64,000 nucleotides of DNA from Strigamia acuminata (taxonomy: Eukaryota): contig OX442314.1 in NCBI GenBank assembly GCA_949358305.1, forward strand, positions 8,246,001-8,310,000, written 5' to 3'. A program made the position numbers and the translations under genes. The stretch's first letter is position 1. Each line of letters opens with the position of its first letter. Below are positions 1 to 11,019 of this stretch, piece by piece. A model generated the notes under the pieces. That model did not search any database. It was not told where the DNA came from and saw nothing but the letters and a program-made list of their open reading frames with translations.

Positions 1-190
1 ATGGTATAGCATGTAAATAATGAGGGTTTATGTGCTAAGCTTATATACATTATTTTAAGATAAAAACACAAAGAAATTAGAAAAAATTGCTTTAAAATTA
101 TATTTAAGACTTTAATTAATGCTTTGTTTAACACTTTATTGTAAATTAGCTTTTTCCCTGCAGTCTTTACTTTTACCTTTAGACTTTATA

Positions 191-573
191 TTATTATTAA
201 AGGCTCTAGTAAAGAAATGCAGTCTGCAAGTTACATAAAAATAAATAGTTTGTGAAGTTAAATGTGGCAAATGATTTAAATCTGGACATCCAATTTTAAA
301 ATTTGGCAGATTATTATTGTTAATAATTTCATTACTAATTTTACTAAAAATATTATCAGTTGAGAAATCTTATTAAATTACTTTCATTTGTAGAAAATGC
401 TATTGAAAATAATTTAAAAGATTTCTCAACTGGTAATATTTTTAGTAAAATTAGTAATGAAATTTTAAAATTGGATGTCCAAATTTAAATCATTCGTCAC
501 ATTTAACTTGACAAACTATTTATTTTTATGTAACTTGCAGACTGCATTTCTTTACTAGAGCCTTTAATAATAA
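191..573. repeat. Imperfect foldback (inverted repeat) remnant
   Basis: 191-304 is the reverse complement of ~459-573, and ~326-371 of ~418-463. In addition ~13-123 recurs directly at ~580-684, and ~116-162 recurs inverted at ~683-730. Confidence 0.7.
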
Positions 574-726
574 TGTCTTGTAAATAATGAGAGTTTATGT
601 GCTATACACATTATTTTAAGATAAAAACACAAAGAAATTAGAAAAAATTGCTTTAAAATTATATTTAAGACTTTATTTAATGCTGCAGGGAAAAAGCTAA
701 TTTACAATAAAGTGTTAAACAAAGCA

Positions 727-2113
727 TTAAATAAAGTAGCAAAGAAGCAGAGTTCCATTTGGCATCCGAATTTCGCTAGAGCGAATTAAGCCGTCTGGTC
801 CTTCCTTCACGGAGGTGATGTGGCCCAGCTTCCCCGTCATTCTAGGTTTATTCTCGTCTTCAATGATGACAACGTCGCCAACATTAAATTTCGTGCGGCT
901 TGTAGTTCCTTGATGTTGTCGGAGTTCGATCAGGTATTCTTTGGTCCAACGATCCCAAAAACGACCAAGGAGTGTTTGACAATGTTTCCACGCTCTTAAA
1001 ATGGTTTCCTTCGACCCCGTACCAGTGGAATACTTCGGTGCAATCGGCAAAAACGAAATTCGTCTTCCCAGCAAAAAATGAGAAGGGGAAAGGGGTAATT
1101 GCTCACTAGGATTATCATATAAATATGTTAAAGGTCTGGAATTTATAACTTCTGCCAAAATCGTAACGAGTCCTTCGTAATCAAGTGAGTTCTTTCGGAT
1201 GGTTTTTTTCAATGTCAATTTTACAGAGCGCATTATTCGTTCTCAGAAACCGCCCCACCAAGGCGCGGTCTCCACAATGTATTTCCATTTAATTTGTTTC
1301 TCTGTAACAAATCCCTGGAATTGGTCTTCCAGCAAACATTTCAAAAATAAATTAAGTTCTTCATCTGCTCGTATAAATGTCTTCGCATTATCGGAATACA
1401 TTGTTTTCGGAATCCCTCGCCTACAAATGAAACGCTTCATTGCATCTATGAAACGCTCAGTTGACAAATTTGAAACTAGCTCGAGGTGGACCGCTCTCGT
1501 GACTGCACATGTGAACAACGCAATATATGTTTTTGCCCCTAACTTGGTGAAGAGAGGCCCGGCAATGTCTATACCACAAACTTCAAAAGGTTCACAAGGT
1601 GTAATTCAATCCACAGGCAGCAAACCCCCACTTTTCTTTAGCCAAACGCCCCTGTACTTTCCTGCACTGCACACATTTGTTGATTACGCTCTGGATGGTT
1701 TTCAGTGCTCGTGGTATCCAAAACTGTTCGCGAAAACTGGCTAGTGTGTCGGCCAGTCCACCGTGGAGTAATCTGTCGTGTTCACCACGTATGATTAGTT
1801 TGGTAATCGGGTGCGAATGAGGAAGAATACAGGGTTCTCGAACATCTCAAGGCACGTCTGCCAGTTGCCATCTGTGGGTTGCTCGAATTATTTCGTTGTC
1901 ATCTAAAACAGGTGTAAGTTTGTATATTAGTGAGGTTTTTTGCAACAGTTTTTTGTTTTGTAATTGTCTAATTTCATCTCCGAAGTTGGTCTGCTGCAAG
2001 TATTTCACCCAATATTGTTCACTCAGTTTTAGTTCTTCATTTGTTAGCGGTTCACCATTTCGATTTTTCGTTTTTAAATTGTTGACAAATCGAAACGTCC
2101 ATGCTGTGACTCG
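727..2113 (-). pseudogene. BEL/Pao LTR retrotransposon pol remnant (integrase region), frameshifted
   Basis: Fragmented minus-strand ORFs with BEL/Pao integrase motifs: FTCAVTRAVHLELV..RRGIPKTMYSDNAKTF (DDE core), PLSPSHFLLG..FWDRWTKEYL..VGDVVII..GPDGLIR (C-terminal region), and a HGG..FWIPR..CVQC zinc-binding segment near 1650-1790. Stops and frameshifts lie between the pieces. Confidence 0.9.
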
Positions 2114-3518
2114 TGTTGCGATCCTCCGGGCTTTCCACTCTGAAACAAATACTTACCTTGTTTTGAGCGGTTCGCAATTGAGATGCCGTTTATAGGCCTT
2201 ATACTCGGTTGCCTGTGTGGTGTCTAGGGGTAATTTTATGAAAGGAAAACGATAGTTTGGATTGAATAAAATACAAAAATCTTTTATTTGAATGGAAATT
2301 TACAAATATAATTATGAGAAATATAATTATTACATTTACTAAGAATTATGAATTTAGTAGTTAAAACTAGGGAGAGAAAACAAGAAAATGAGTGAGAAAT
2401 GAGAAATGAGTCAAGCGAAACGGTTACGCTCACTTGAAACAAAGGAAAAAGGTGCCAACAACGACGGTTGATCGTTGGGCGCGAGTGTTTGGCGCGCAAC
2501 AAACGGCAGCCTGTTGCGCTCGGAAAATGGCGAGTAGGACTCGCCTGAGAAATATTATTTCTCGTTGAAGAACAGCTACTTTTATCTGTAAACTCCGGAG
2601 TAAAGCTCGCAGGTGGTTTACAGATAGCGGCGACGATTCTCTACGAGAAGTTTGCCGTTGACGACGACGATGAGTCTCGGAACAAGTCGGACGAGACTCA
2701 CAATGGTTGACAACGAGCGGGTACAAATTCCTTCGCTCGTTCGATGGCGATGAACAGTGAACTCCGGAGTAAAGCTCGCAGGTGGTTCACTGTCTTCTCA
2801 CGAAGGTTGACGGCGACGGGTTGCTCGATCGACGGAGGCGAATCACGGAACAAGTCAACGCGACTCGACGGCGGCGGGTGAGCGGAGTTTCTCGGGCGTT
2901 ACCCGAAATCCGATGCCTGTGCGCAAATGTGGCTGGTTCCACCGAAATCTATTCTTTGGAAACAGCAATGTCTCTTAACTCACCAAAACGTGTAAACCCG
3001 GTCAGCACTTCGAATCCTTGTTTGAAGTTCTTTCGTGATGATCATGTGGGTTGTTTGTTGTTGGTGTGTTGTGTCAAGAGTGGGCCAAACCGCCAAAATT
3101 TGGGGTTTTATGCACTCTCGAAATCTGCGCACAAAATATGTGCAGATTACTAATTTTGGCACAACAAAGGATTTTGTTGCGCCAAAAGCCGTTATTATTG
3201 CACCATAACCGTTGGCTAAAGAAAGGGTGGCGTGTGCCAAGCACGCTTCAAATATGCGCAGCGGATGCTGCGCAGACGTCTTAATTTAGTGAGACAAAGG
3301 ATTTTGCCTCACTAAGCGGTTAATTAACGCCTCACCCCACACAATATTGGGGTGAGCCGTGCTAGGGGAGGATTTTCTCCCCTAATTATGTAATCGTTTG
3401 GCGTGTGCCAAACATAAATATTACCAAAATAAAATGTAAATACAACTTCTTTTGTGGTGACTCTTTTATTAAATAAAACACAACCGCAATTGAATAAAAG
3501 TGGCTCAGGGTCACCACA
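2114..3518 (-). mobile_element. Solo LTR (1405 bp) of a Gypsy-like family inserted in the BEL/Pao remnant
   Basis: Minus strand starts TGTGGTGACC and ends GGATCGCAACA (TG...CA). It is flanked by a CTCG direct repeat (2110-2113, 3519-3522). Removing it restores the BEL reading ..KKLKRV-TAWTFRF. Its termini resemble the LTR at 6958 (TGTGGTGACC...GGATCGCCGCA). Confidence 0.85.
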
Positions 3519-4045
3519 CTCGTTTCAGCTTTTTCCACGTACTAAATCGAGTATAATCGATGTCTGGTTCCGCAATTGTTATCAATGTCATATTCACTTC
3601 CATGTCATCGTCCTCGATGTTTGGATTCACGTTCACGTCTTCATTTGGCCATTTTGATTCGATGTCTGCTAGCCATGCCGGTCTTTTCAACCAGAATGGT
3701 TCTTTGGTAAGTTGTTTCACGTTCACTCCCCTCGTAACCAGGTTGGCTGGGTTGTCCTTCCCTGGGCAATGGCGCCAATCGTCTCTTGATGTATTTTCGA
3801 CAATTTCCCGCACACGATTGTACACGAACGTCGCTGGTCGGTTCTTGGTGTCGCGGATCCAATGTAAAACTATCTTTGAGTCGGTCCAAATCGTGAAGTC
3901 CTCACATCCGAGCGTTGTCTTTAAAGTTGAGATTAGTCTTGATGCTAGTAAAGCACCCATCAGCTCCAACTTTGGCAGTGTTAACTATTTAACTGGTGCG
4001 ACTCTACACTTTGAAATAACAAAATCAACATTAACCTTCCCATAG
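3519..4045 (-). pseudogene. BEL/Pao pol remnant (RNase H-like region)
   Basis: LELMGALLASRL..WTDSKIVLHWI..FVYNRVREI..WRHCPGKDNPANLVTRG..FW are typical BEL/Pao motifs. The region is truncated upstream. Confidence 0.9.
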
Positions 4046-4214
4046 CCATGGTGGGTCAAAAAAATTACACTGTAATACTTTTTTTCCTGAAAATTAATTA
4101 ATGAGGTTAACATTTATTCCTCAAAAATCTTTTTTTCTTATTTTATAATGTCTAAATACAAATAGTTTTTCAATTATTATTAAGATAATTTAATATTTAC
4201 AAGTATTTGAAGTT

Positions 4215-5150
4215 TTTGTGCCTATAAAATGAGATTTTTTGTGGATATAAAATGAGTTTTTGGGCTATAAAATTAGGTTTTGTGGCTATAAAATGAGTTT
4301 TTGTGGCTATAAAATGAGGTTTTGTGGCTATAAAATGAGGTTTTGTGGCAATAAAAAGAGTTTTTGTGGCTATAAAATCAGTTTTTGGGCTATAAAATTA
4401 GGTTTTGTGGCTATAAAATGAGTTTTTGTGGCTATAAAATCAGTTTTTGGGCTATAAAATTAGGCTCAAAAAAGTGGTTTTCATCAAAAAACCAGTAAGG
4501 TTAGGTTCGCGGGGGGTCAAGGGGGGGGGGCGCAGCCCCCCTTGTTAGCCCTTCTTAGGAATTAAACCTAGGTTTTTGTGTCGCTAAAATGACGTGTTCG
4601 CTAAAATGGTGTGTCGCTAAAATGAAATCACTAAAATGAAATTGCTAAAATGATGTACATCCGATTTTGTTGCTATAAAATGAGATTTATGTGGCTATAA
4701 AATGAAGTTTTGTGGCTATAAAGTGAGTTTCTGTGGCCATAAAATGAGGTTTTGCGGCTCTAAAGTGAGTTTTTGTGGCTATAAAGTGAGTTTCTGCAGC
4801 CATAAAATGAGTTTTCAGGCTATAAAATGAGTTTTTTGGCTATACAATGTGTTTTTGTGGCTATAAAAAGAGGTTTTGTGGCAATAAAAAGAGTTGTTGT
4901 GGCTATAAAATGAGTTTTTGGGCTATAAAATTAGGTTTTGTGGCTATAAAATGAGTTTTTGTGGCTATAAAATGAGGTTTTGTGGCTATAAAATGAGGTT
5001 TTGTGGCTATAAAGTGAGTTTTTGTGGCTATAAAGTGAGTTTCTGCGGCCATAAAATGAGTTTTCAGGCTATAAAATGAGTTTTTTGGCTATACAATGTG
5101 TTTTTGTGGCGTTAAAATGAGGTTTTGTGCCTATAAAATGAGATTTGTTG
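4215..5150. repeat. Minisatellite, ~20-21 bp unit (GTGGCTATAAAATGAGTTTTT), interrupted at ~4465-4663
   Basis: Dozens of directly visible copies of the unit. The interruption contains a G-rich motif and CGCTAAAATG repeats. Confidence 0.9.
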
Positions 5151-6460
5151 TGCACAGGAGAAATTATCTGGAGTGGTGTAAGGGCCATAAAAATTAGCTT
5201 GTTGGTTAATGAAAGAAAATATATTCAGTTATGAATCATATGTGGGTGTGTTGGTAGTGCAAGTGATTATGGAAAATTTTTTTGGTGTAGAATGGATGAG
5301 AAATTGAAAAATAAGTGTTTGTTTAAAACAGTAGTAAAATTTCAACAATCATTCACATTGCATGTTATGAAATAAGACAAGCTAGATGTATATTGTCAAA
5401 ACATCAGATATACAAATATTCTCAGATATTATTGAATTCCTTTTATTACACATGATTGGAGAAAAATTTAGTGAATCTGATCTGCCAGATCTGCAGACAT
5501 TGGCAACACTTTCTAATCATTTACAATTGTCTCAGTTGTATAAAATGGTGCTCTGGGCATGTCCACTTGTATTTTTAATCTCTATTGAGAGATTTTAGTT
5601 TGAAAATTGGCAAACTTTTTGTTAAAAATGTGACAAATGTAAGAAAATTTTAAAAATATGTGCGAAATTGCTGAAAATTTTAAAAGATTTGACATATTTT
5701 GACAAAATTAAAAAAAAAATTTTAAAAATATACATTTACTTGTGAAAATTTTAATTGATTACCAGAAAAAATATGAAATAGCAATAAAAAAATACATTAA
5801 AACCATACCCTTGACACGTGCGAGACAAAGTTTTTATAAATTACCATATTTTTTATTTAACTTTTTTACATTTTTTTTTATAATTTTTTTTATTATTTCA
5901 AGTTTTTTTAATTTTTTCAAATTTTTAACAAATAAATGCATTTTCAGGCAATAAAAAAATTATTCACACAAAAAATAACATTTAAAAAAAAAAGAAATCC
6001 ATTTTATGACAGATGGATGAAATTGCCTGAGAAATTACGAGAAATTAAAGAAATATTTGAAAATTTTGAAGGAATTTGAACATTTTTGAAACAATTTTGA
6101 GAAAACTTGAAAAACTTAATATTATAAAAAACTTATAATAAAAATTATAAAATTTTTGTCTCGTGTCAGATATAGTTTTAATCTATTTTTTTTATTGCTA
6201 TTTCATATTTACTCTGATAATCAACAGTCAATAAATTCTAATTAATAAAAATATTAAAATATAAAGTGTCGCATCAAATCAATTGAATAGGATTAATCAA
6301 ACCCCATTCATATTCCAAAACTTGTCCATTAAATATTAATTACCTCTCTCTCTCCATATAAACTGTATCGCAACTACGGCAGTGACATCACAATCGAGCA
6401 CAGCAGATCTTCCACAAGCCACCAGTCAACTTTTTTCTTCCACGAGAGCATCCGTCGAAA

Positions 6461-6709
6461 ATGAAATTACAATTCATCTTGTTCTGTGTTTTTGTTATTC
6501 TGTCCTGCTTGGGTAAGTTATATTTTGAAAAAAATAATTCATTCACTATTAAGCGTTGGTGATATGTTATAACCTGATTAGCAGTGAGGGCAACTGAGAG
6601 CTGTGAGCTAAGTCGTTGCCAGATAGACTGTGATTCGAAGGTTGGGTATGAAACTTATTGTGACCAAAATGACGACTGTGCGTGCCGTATAGAGGCCCCA
6701 AATGAATAA
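6461..6709 (+). CDS. Secreted CS-alpha/beta defensin-like peptide 1 (59 aa; exons 6461-6512, 6582-6709)
   Basis: Spliced: MKLQFILFCVFVILSCLAVRA-TESCELSRCQIDCDSKVGYETYCDQNDDCACRIEAPNE. Hydrophobic signal peptide, phase-1 GT-AG intron, C-x4-C-x3-C-x9-C-x5-C-x-C, AATAAA downstream (~6749). Paralogous to four other loci in the window. Confidence 0.85.
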
Positions 6710-6957
6710 TTTTAACAATTTTAAAATTAATGTAATTAACTGAAACAAAATAAAAATTTAAAATGATAAGAATATTGTTTTTATAATTGATTCATTTACT
6801 TTGTGCCATGCCTGGCACTACCCGAGTGGTGTTTCTCGCTTTTTGTCGTCGTTTTCGTCACCACAGGTCTGGTCATGTGGTGCCGACCGGTCTCCGCCTA
6901 GCGGCTACCTGAGAAAATTTTAAAAATGTTGAAAAATTGAAAATATTTGAGATAAAT

Positions 6958-8035
6958 TGTGGTGACCTCAAATATTCCTATTTGAGTGCGCACCATATTT
7001 CCAAATTGTCTTATAAACATATTCAACAAACTTATATGTTTTGTTTCAATGTAAATTGAAATAAAACATACATTAATAAAATATAAAACAAGACACAATA
7101 TTACCCAAATAATATTGTGTTTTGCAGCAAGTTTTGGCCCAGCAACAGCGTCAACCAATCGCGCTGCAGCGTGCATTGCTTTGATGATGCTGCTAGGCGT
7201 GTGCCTGGGCGGAGCATCCCTTCCCCTCGCGCGTGCCCGGCTCGATTGTTGCACACGACCCGAAGGCGGCCGTGTGTGATCTTCATGCAACTCGTCATCT
7301 GCGCAGCTTTTCTGAGCAGATTTAGAAGTGAGCCAAACGGTTTTGGCCCACTCTTCCCGCACTCTTGATTCCACCTCCAAACTGTTCACAACCGTGTCAA
7401 ACTTCTGCCAAAACTGCAAAGTGTGATCTGTGATTCTTGGACGAATTGAGTTTCATCGCTGGTCTGTACCCACTGTACGGAATAGCAACTTTCTAGCTTG
7501 AATTACTACGAGTAATTTAAGCCATTTCTGTGTGTGAAACTAACATCGAGTTTACTCTGTTAGTTTGAAGGCTTTGTGTCGAGTTTAACTCCACAAGGCG
7601 AATTGTGTTAAGACGGATTGTTACGTCGAGCTTGCTCCGTAATAATCAAATCGCTGTGTGCAAGACGTATTCTCGTGTTGAGCTTGCTCCGCGAGGATTT
7701 TTAGTATATTTTAGCAAAGTATTTTAGCGTCGAGTTTACTCCGCTAAAATCCCGCGCTCACACGACGCCATCGACGCCATTTTGGAGCCAACGGTCAACT
7801 GTGAGTGTCCAAGTACGAAGAGAAACCAGATCGACCCAGTCATTACACTTATTATTTCGCATTATATTCGGGTGTATTTAAAACGATTAAAACAATCTAA
7901 TTTTTCCTTTACTCTGTGTAAAATCATTCCCCTAGACAACCATTTGGCCACAGAGTAGAAGTCCTGTACGGCATCTCACCGACGATTGCTTATTAAATTT
8001 ATATAATTTAATAAGTAAAAACCCGGATCGCCGCA
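6958..8035 (+). repeat. 5' LTR (1078 bp)
   Basis: Direct repeat of 18711-19788. I noticed only one substitution (7478 C vs 19231 G). Confidence 0.95.
7537..7750 (+). promoter_or_regulatory. Array of five bulged stem-loops in the LTR (copy at 19290-19503)
   Basis: Hairpins at 7537-7566, 7571-7599, 7616-7647, 7669-7698 and 7721-7750. Each has an 8-10 bp lower stem of different sequence, a 2-nt UC/UU bulge, and GAGY-loop-RCUC. The function is inferred. Confidence 0.7.
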
Positions 8036-8037
8036 CT

Positions 8038-8055
8038 TGGGGGCCCGGCCGGGAT
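8038..8055 (+). promoter_or_regulatory. Primer-binding site, tRNA-Pro-like
   Basis: TGGGGGCCCGGCCGGGAT begins after a 2-nt spacer (CT) following the LTR. It matches the classical tRNA-Pro PBS TGGGGGCTCGTCCGGGAT at 16/18 positions. Confidence 0.8.
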
Positions 8056-8127
8056 TGTTTTGATTATTAAAATCCGATTTTTGCGAAAAAATCCTTTATT
8101 TCCATTGTTCTTTTTCAATTTGACAAA

Positions 8128-11019
8128 ATGGCGACGCCAATGCAAATTGTAAAACGACAACGAGGTCGACCAAGCACTCAGAAACGAGCAGCGACGGTTT
8201 TGCCGGCTCTCGAGCCTGAAATGCTTATGGAGAAAATTATTTCTGAAGAAATAACACCAGTTCCAGATCCGAAACAACTTAAGGATGCTGAAAATGAAGT
8301 TGCTAGAGCATTAAGCGCTTCAAGTGCGAGTTCTAACGACCAAGAACTCCCGCCACTTCCACTGGAGGAAGTGGAAAATACGTTACGTGAAATGGAAAGT
8401 GAATCGTCTCACGAATCACCTCCTCGCATGACCATGTTGGATGCTTTGAGAAATCAAGCACGCCAAGATGGCGCCCAAATAACGGACGACATGACGGTGG
8501 AAGAGATTCATCGCGCCATGATACGACTTCACACTGACCGAGCCGTTTCAAATTTACAATTTGAAATGGAACGAAAAGAAGCTGAGCTTCAACAACAAAA
8601 AGCGGAGGTTGAGCTTCAACACATGGAACTCAATCGACAAAATGAGGAATTTCTAGCCCAAAAAGCTAGAGAATACAGATTAAAAGGTGAAGTGGAAGAT
8701 CTTTCTAAAATGAATACTAGAAATGAACTTTCAATTCGCTCACACCAAGAGGCGCGAAGACAGCTCGAGCTTACCAAAAGTAAGCTGGAGCAGAAAAATA
8801 AAGAATTGATTGATTTGGCAGACCACTACCAACGCAATCATAATCAACTAGTGAGATATGCTGCTGAATTAGACACACGTGCTAAAACACAGCGTACTCG
8901 CGAAAGCAAAATAGCTAAGCGTGAAGACGAGATTTTCCACTCGCTGGATCAACCCAGTACGAGCGGACAAGTCAAGTCTAGCGGCCCTGCTAAGCGATTA
9001 CAACCAGAATCGCAAAATCAAATAAACGAGAATGAAATTCTCCGAGCTGATTTGTTACGCGCTCAAGAAGAGCTTGCAGAAATGAAAGACCGTTTGCAAG
9101 CAAGAAATTATACTGACCAATTGGTGCAACCAGAAATGGCTGCGCCAACTGTCCCTATTTTGACTCCCGAAACAATAACAATTTCTGTTGTTTCAGAGTT
9201 AAGTAGCCAATCTGGATTATCGAGTGATGACGACCAACGTTCGCGTCGTCGCCATCGCTCAAAAAGAAAACGTCCTTCAGATTCTGAGGAACGGAGAGCT
9301 GATCGCAATCCGCTCCCTGGTAATCGAAACCCTATTTTTCACAACAGTGACCGACTGTTGGGGATAGTAGACGATCGAAATAGACGGCATGAAACTGGTA
9401 TTCATGTTACTCGAACGATACCACTGACTCAACAGCAAGACTCGTCAAAAAGAAGTCGACGAGACACCAATCCAACACGCGAACCGCCGGACGGACATGA
9501 AAGCCCGCCAGGTGGGGGTCAGTATAGAAGAAATCCACCAGATGGAGGAAATCCAGATGGACATGGAGATGGACCACCTGGAGGTGGACGTCGACCGCCC
9601 GACGATGACGGCGACCCACCCGACCCACCTGAAACACCACATTTTAACACGCCTTCAAATTCACAATCTGATTCAAGGTCGGATTCTGATGTGAATGCGC
9701 AACAAGAACGCGATAATCGACATCGATCTCATCGACGTCGACATCGAGGCCATTCTTCTCGGCGTAATACACATTATTACACTGCTGAAGAAATTGATCG
9801 ATTATTAGCTGATCGTCGATCTTCCGATCGATCTGACGCTACTGCCGATAATGCTGATATTGCATTACGACAAAAAATTGCACAATATACTGCCAACAAC
9901 TGGACTCACGATCTAGTTGATGAAAGAACTATTAGATGGGATCACATCAAACCCGCTTTATTCGATGGAGAATGGGAAGCTGGATCCACTCTTTTAGATG
10001 AAGTGTTACGAATTTCAAGGTTGAATGGCATTGCATGTCACACTGCTTTGAAAAGAGTAGTACCAAAAGCTCTTATAGATCGAGCTGAGAAATGGTTTTA
10101 TTCTAAACAATTTCAAAACTGGAATCACTTTGTAGAGGAATTCATGACTGAATATGGGGAGTCAAGTGAAGACTTACTACAAATGTGGGATAATCTTTCT
10201 CAAAATAAAGGCGAAAGTCTTCGCTCTTATTTAAGAAGGACTGAGGATTTATTGGTCACTCTCCCTTATACAATGGGAGATGCAGCCATTGATCGTCAAT
10301 TCCGACGTGGATTGACAGATTATTCAAAAAATGTTCTACTTTCAGTACGAGCACCTTATCCGGGTGGTTTCGCTGAATTAGCCAAATTTATGCGAGCCAA
10401 TCAAATAAGGATTGACGAAAATTATAAAGCTTATCTACCAGCTGATGAAAAAGTTGCGTACGCTAAGCGACAGCAACGGAGAAAGGAATTAGCAAAAGAC
10501 ACACGTTTTGCTAACACCCCTCTTTTGCAACCCCCAAAACGAGGAGATTTTTTGGCAGAGACTGCTAAGGAATCTAAAAAGGGATCGGATGGGAAAAATC
10601 CACATCCAACCCCTAAAGCTCACTTAGCCGAAGTGACTGAAATGGAAACTGCTTCTGAACCAGAGAAATCTGACTCGGAACCAGAAAGCGAGGCTGCAGC
10701 TGCTTTATTAGCCCGTAATAACGCAGTAGCTCGAAAATTTGGACCAAAGATGGCGCCTAAAAACGTTACTTTTGGTTCACCAAAGACAGACGCGCTCAGT
10801 AGATCGAAGTCGCCGACCCCTAAAAAGGACGAAGCCAAACGTTCAAGTTCGCCTTCGCCAAAAGTCGCGAAATCGCCTGCTACTGACCCGTGTAATATTT
10901 GTAAAAAATTGGGACATTGGGCTAAAGAATGTCCTGATAGGAAATCGAGCAAAGACAAGATCATTGAGGAGTTCGAAAAATCGATGAAATCAATCGGCGA
11001 GCTTCTAAAAAACTTGTAA
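8128..11019 (+). CDS. gag: Gag polyprotein (963 aa)
   Basis: CCHC zinc knuckle CNICKKLGHWAKEC. Capsid-like segment LIDRAEKWF..WNHFVEEF..QNKGESLRSYLRR. Long N-terminal coiled-coil-like and low-complexity regions. Confidence 0.92.
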   Translation: MATPMQIVKRQRGRPSTQKRAATVLPALEPEMLMEKIISEEITPVPDPKQLKDAENEVARALSASSASSNDQELPPLPLEEVENTLREMESESSHESPPRMTMLDALRNQARQDGAQITDDMTVEEIHRAMIRLHTDRAVSNLQFEMERKEAELQQQKAEVELQHMELNRQNEEFLAQKAREYRLKGEVEDLSKMNTRNELSIRSHQEARRQLELTKSKLEQKNKELIDLADHYQRNHNQLVRYAAELDTRAKTQRTRESKIAKREDEIFHSLDQPSTSGQVKSSGPAKRLQPESQNQINENEILRADLLRAQEELAEMKDRLQARNYTDQLVQPEMAAPTVPILTPETITISVVSELSSQSGLSSDDDQRSRRRHRSKRKRPSDSEERRADRNPLPGNRNPIFHNSDRLLGIVDDRNRRHETGIHVTRTIPLTQQQDSSKRSRRDTNPTREPPDGHESPPGGGQYRRNPPDGGNPDGHGDGPPGGGRRPPDDDGDPPDPPETPHFNTPSNSQSDSRSDSDVNAQQERDNRHRSHRRRHRGHSSRRNTHYYTAEEIDRLLADRRSSDRSDATADNADIALRQKIAQYTANNWTHDLVDERTIRWDHIKPALFDGEWEAGSTLLDEVLRISRLNGIACHTALKRVVPKALIDRAEKWFYSKQFQNWNHFVEEFMTEYGESSEDLLQMWDNLSQNKGESLRSYLRRTEDLLVTLPYTMGDAAIDRQFRRGLTDYSKNVLLSVRAPYPGGFAELAKFMRANQIRIDENYKAYLPADEKVAYAKRQQRRKELAKDTRFANTPLLQPPKRGDFLAETAKESKKGSDGKNPHPTPKAHLAEVTEMETASEPEKSDSEPESEAAAALLARNNAVARKFGPKMAPKNVTFGSPKTDALSRSKSPTPKKDEAKRSSSPSPKVAKSPATDPCNICKKLGHWAKECPDRKSSKDKIIEEFEKSMKSIGELLKNL

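Noticed and set aside
1199..4045. Plus-strand ORFs 1199-1744, 1896-2195 and 3560-4045
   Set aside because: Antisense shadows of the BEL/Pao pol remnant.
4215..5150. Possible CRISPR-like array
   Set aside because: Units are contiguous without unique spacers, there are no cas genes, and the context is eukaryotic.
6898..7419. Antisense 173-aa ORF in the LTR with a hydrophobic stretch (also 18657-19172)
   Set aside because: It has a non-ATG start and runs off the LTR edge with different C-termini in the two copies. The hydrophobic run derives from A-rich sequence. An antisense peptide cannot be fully excluded but is unsupported.
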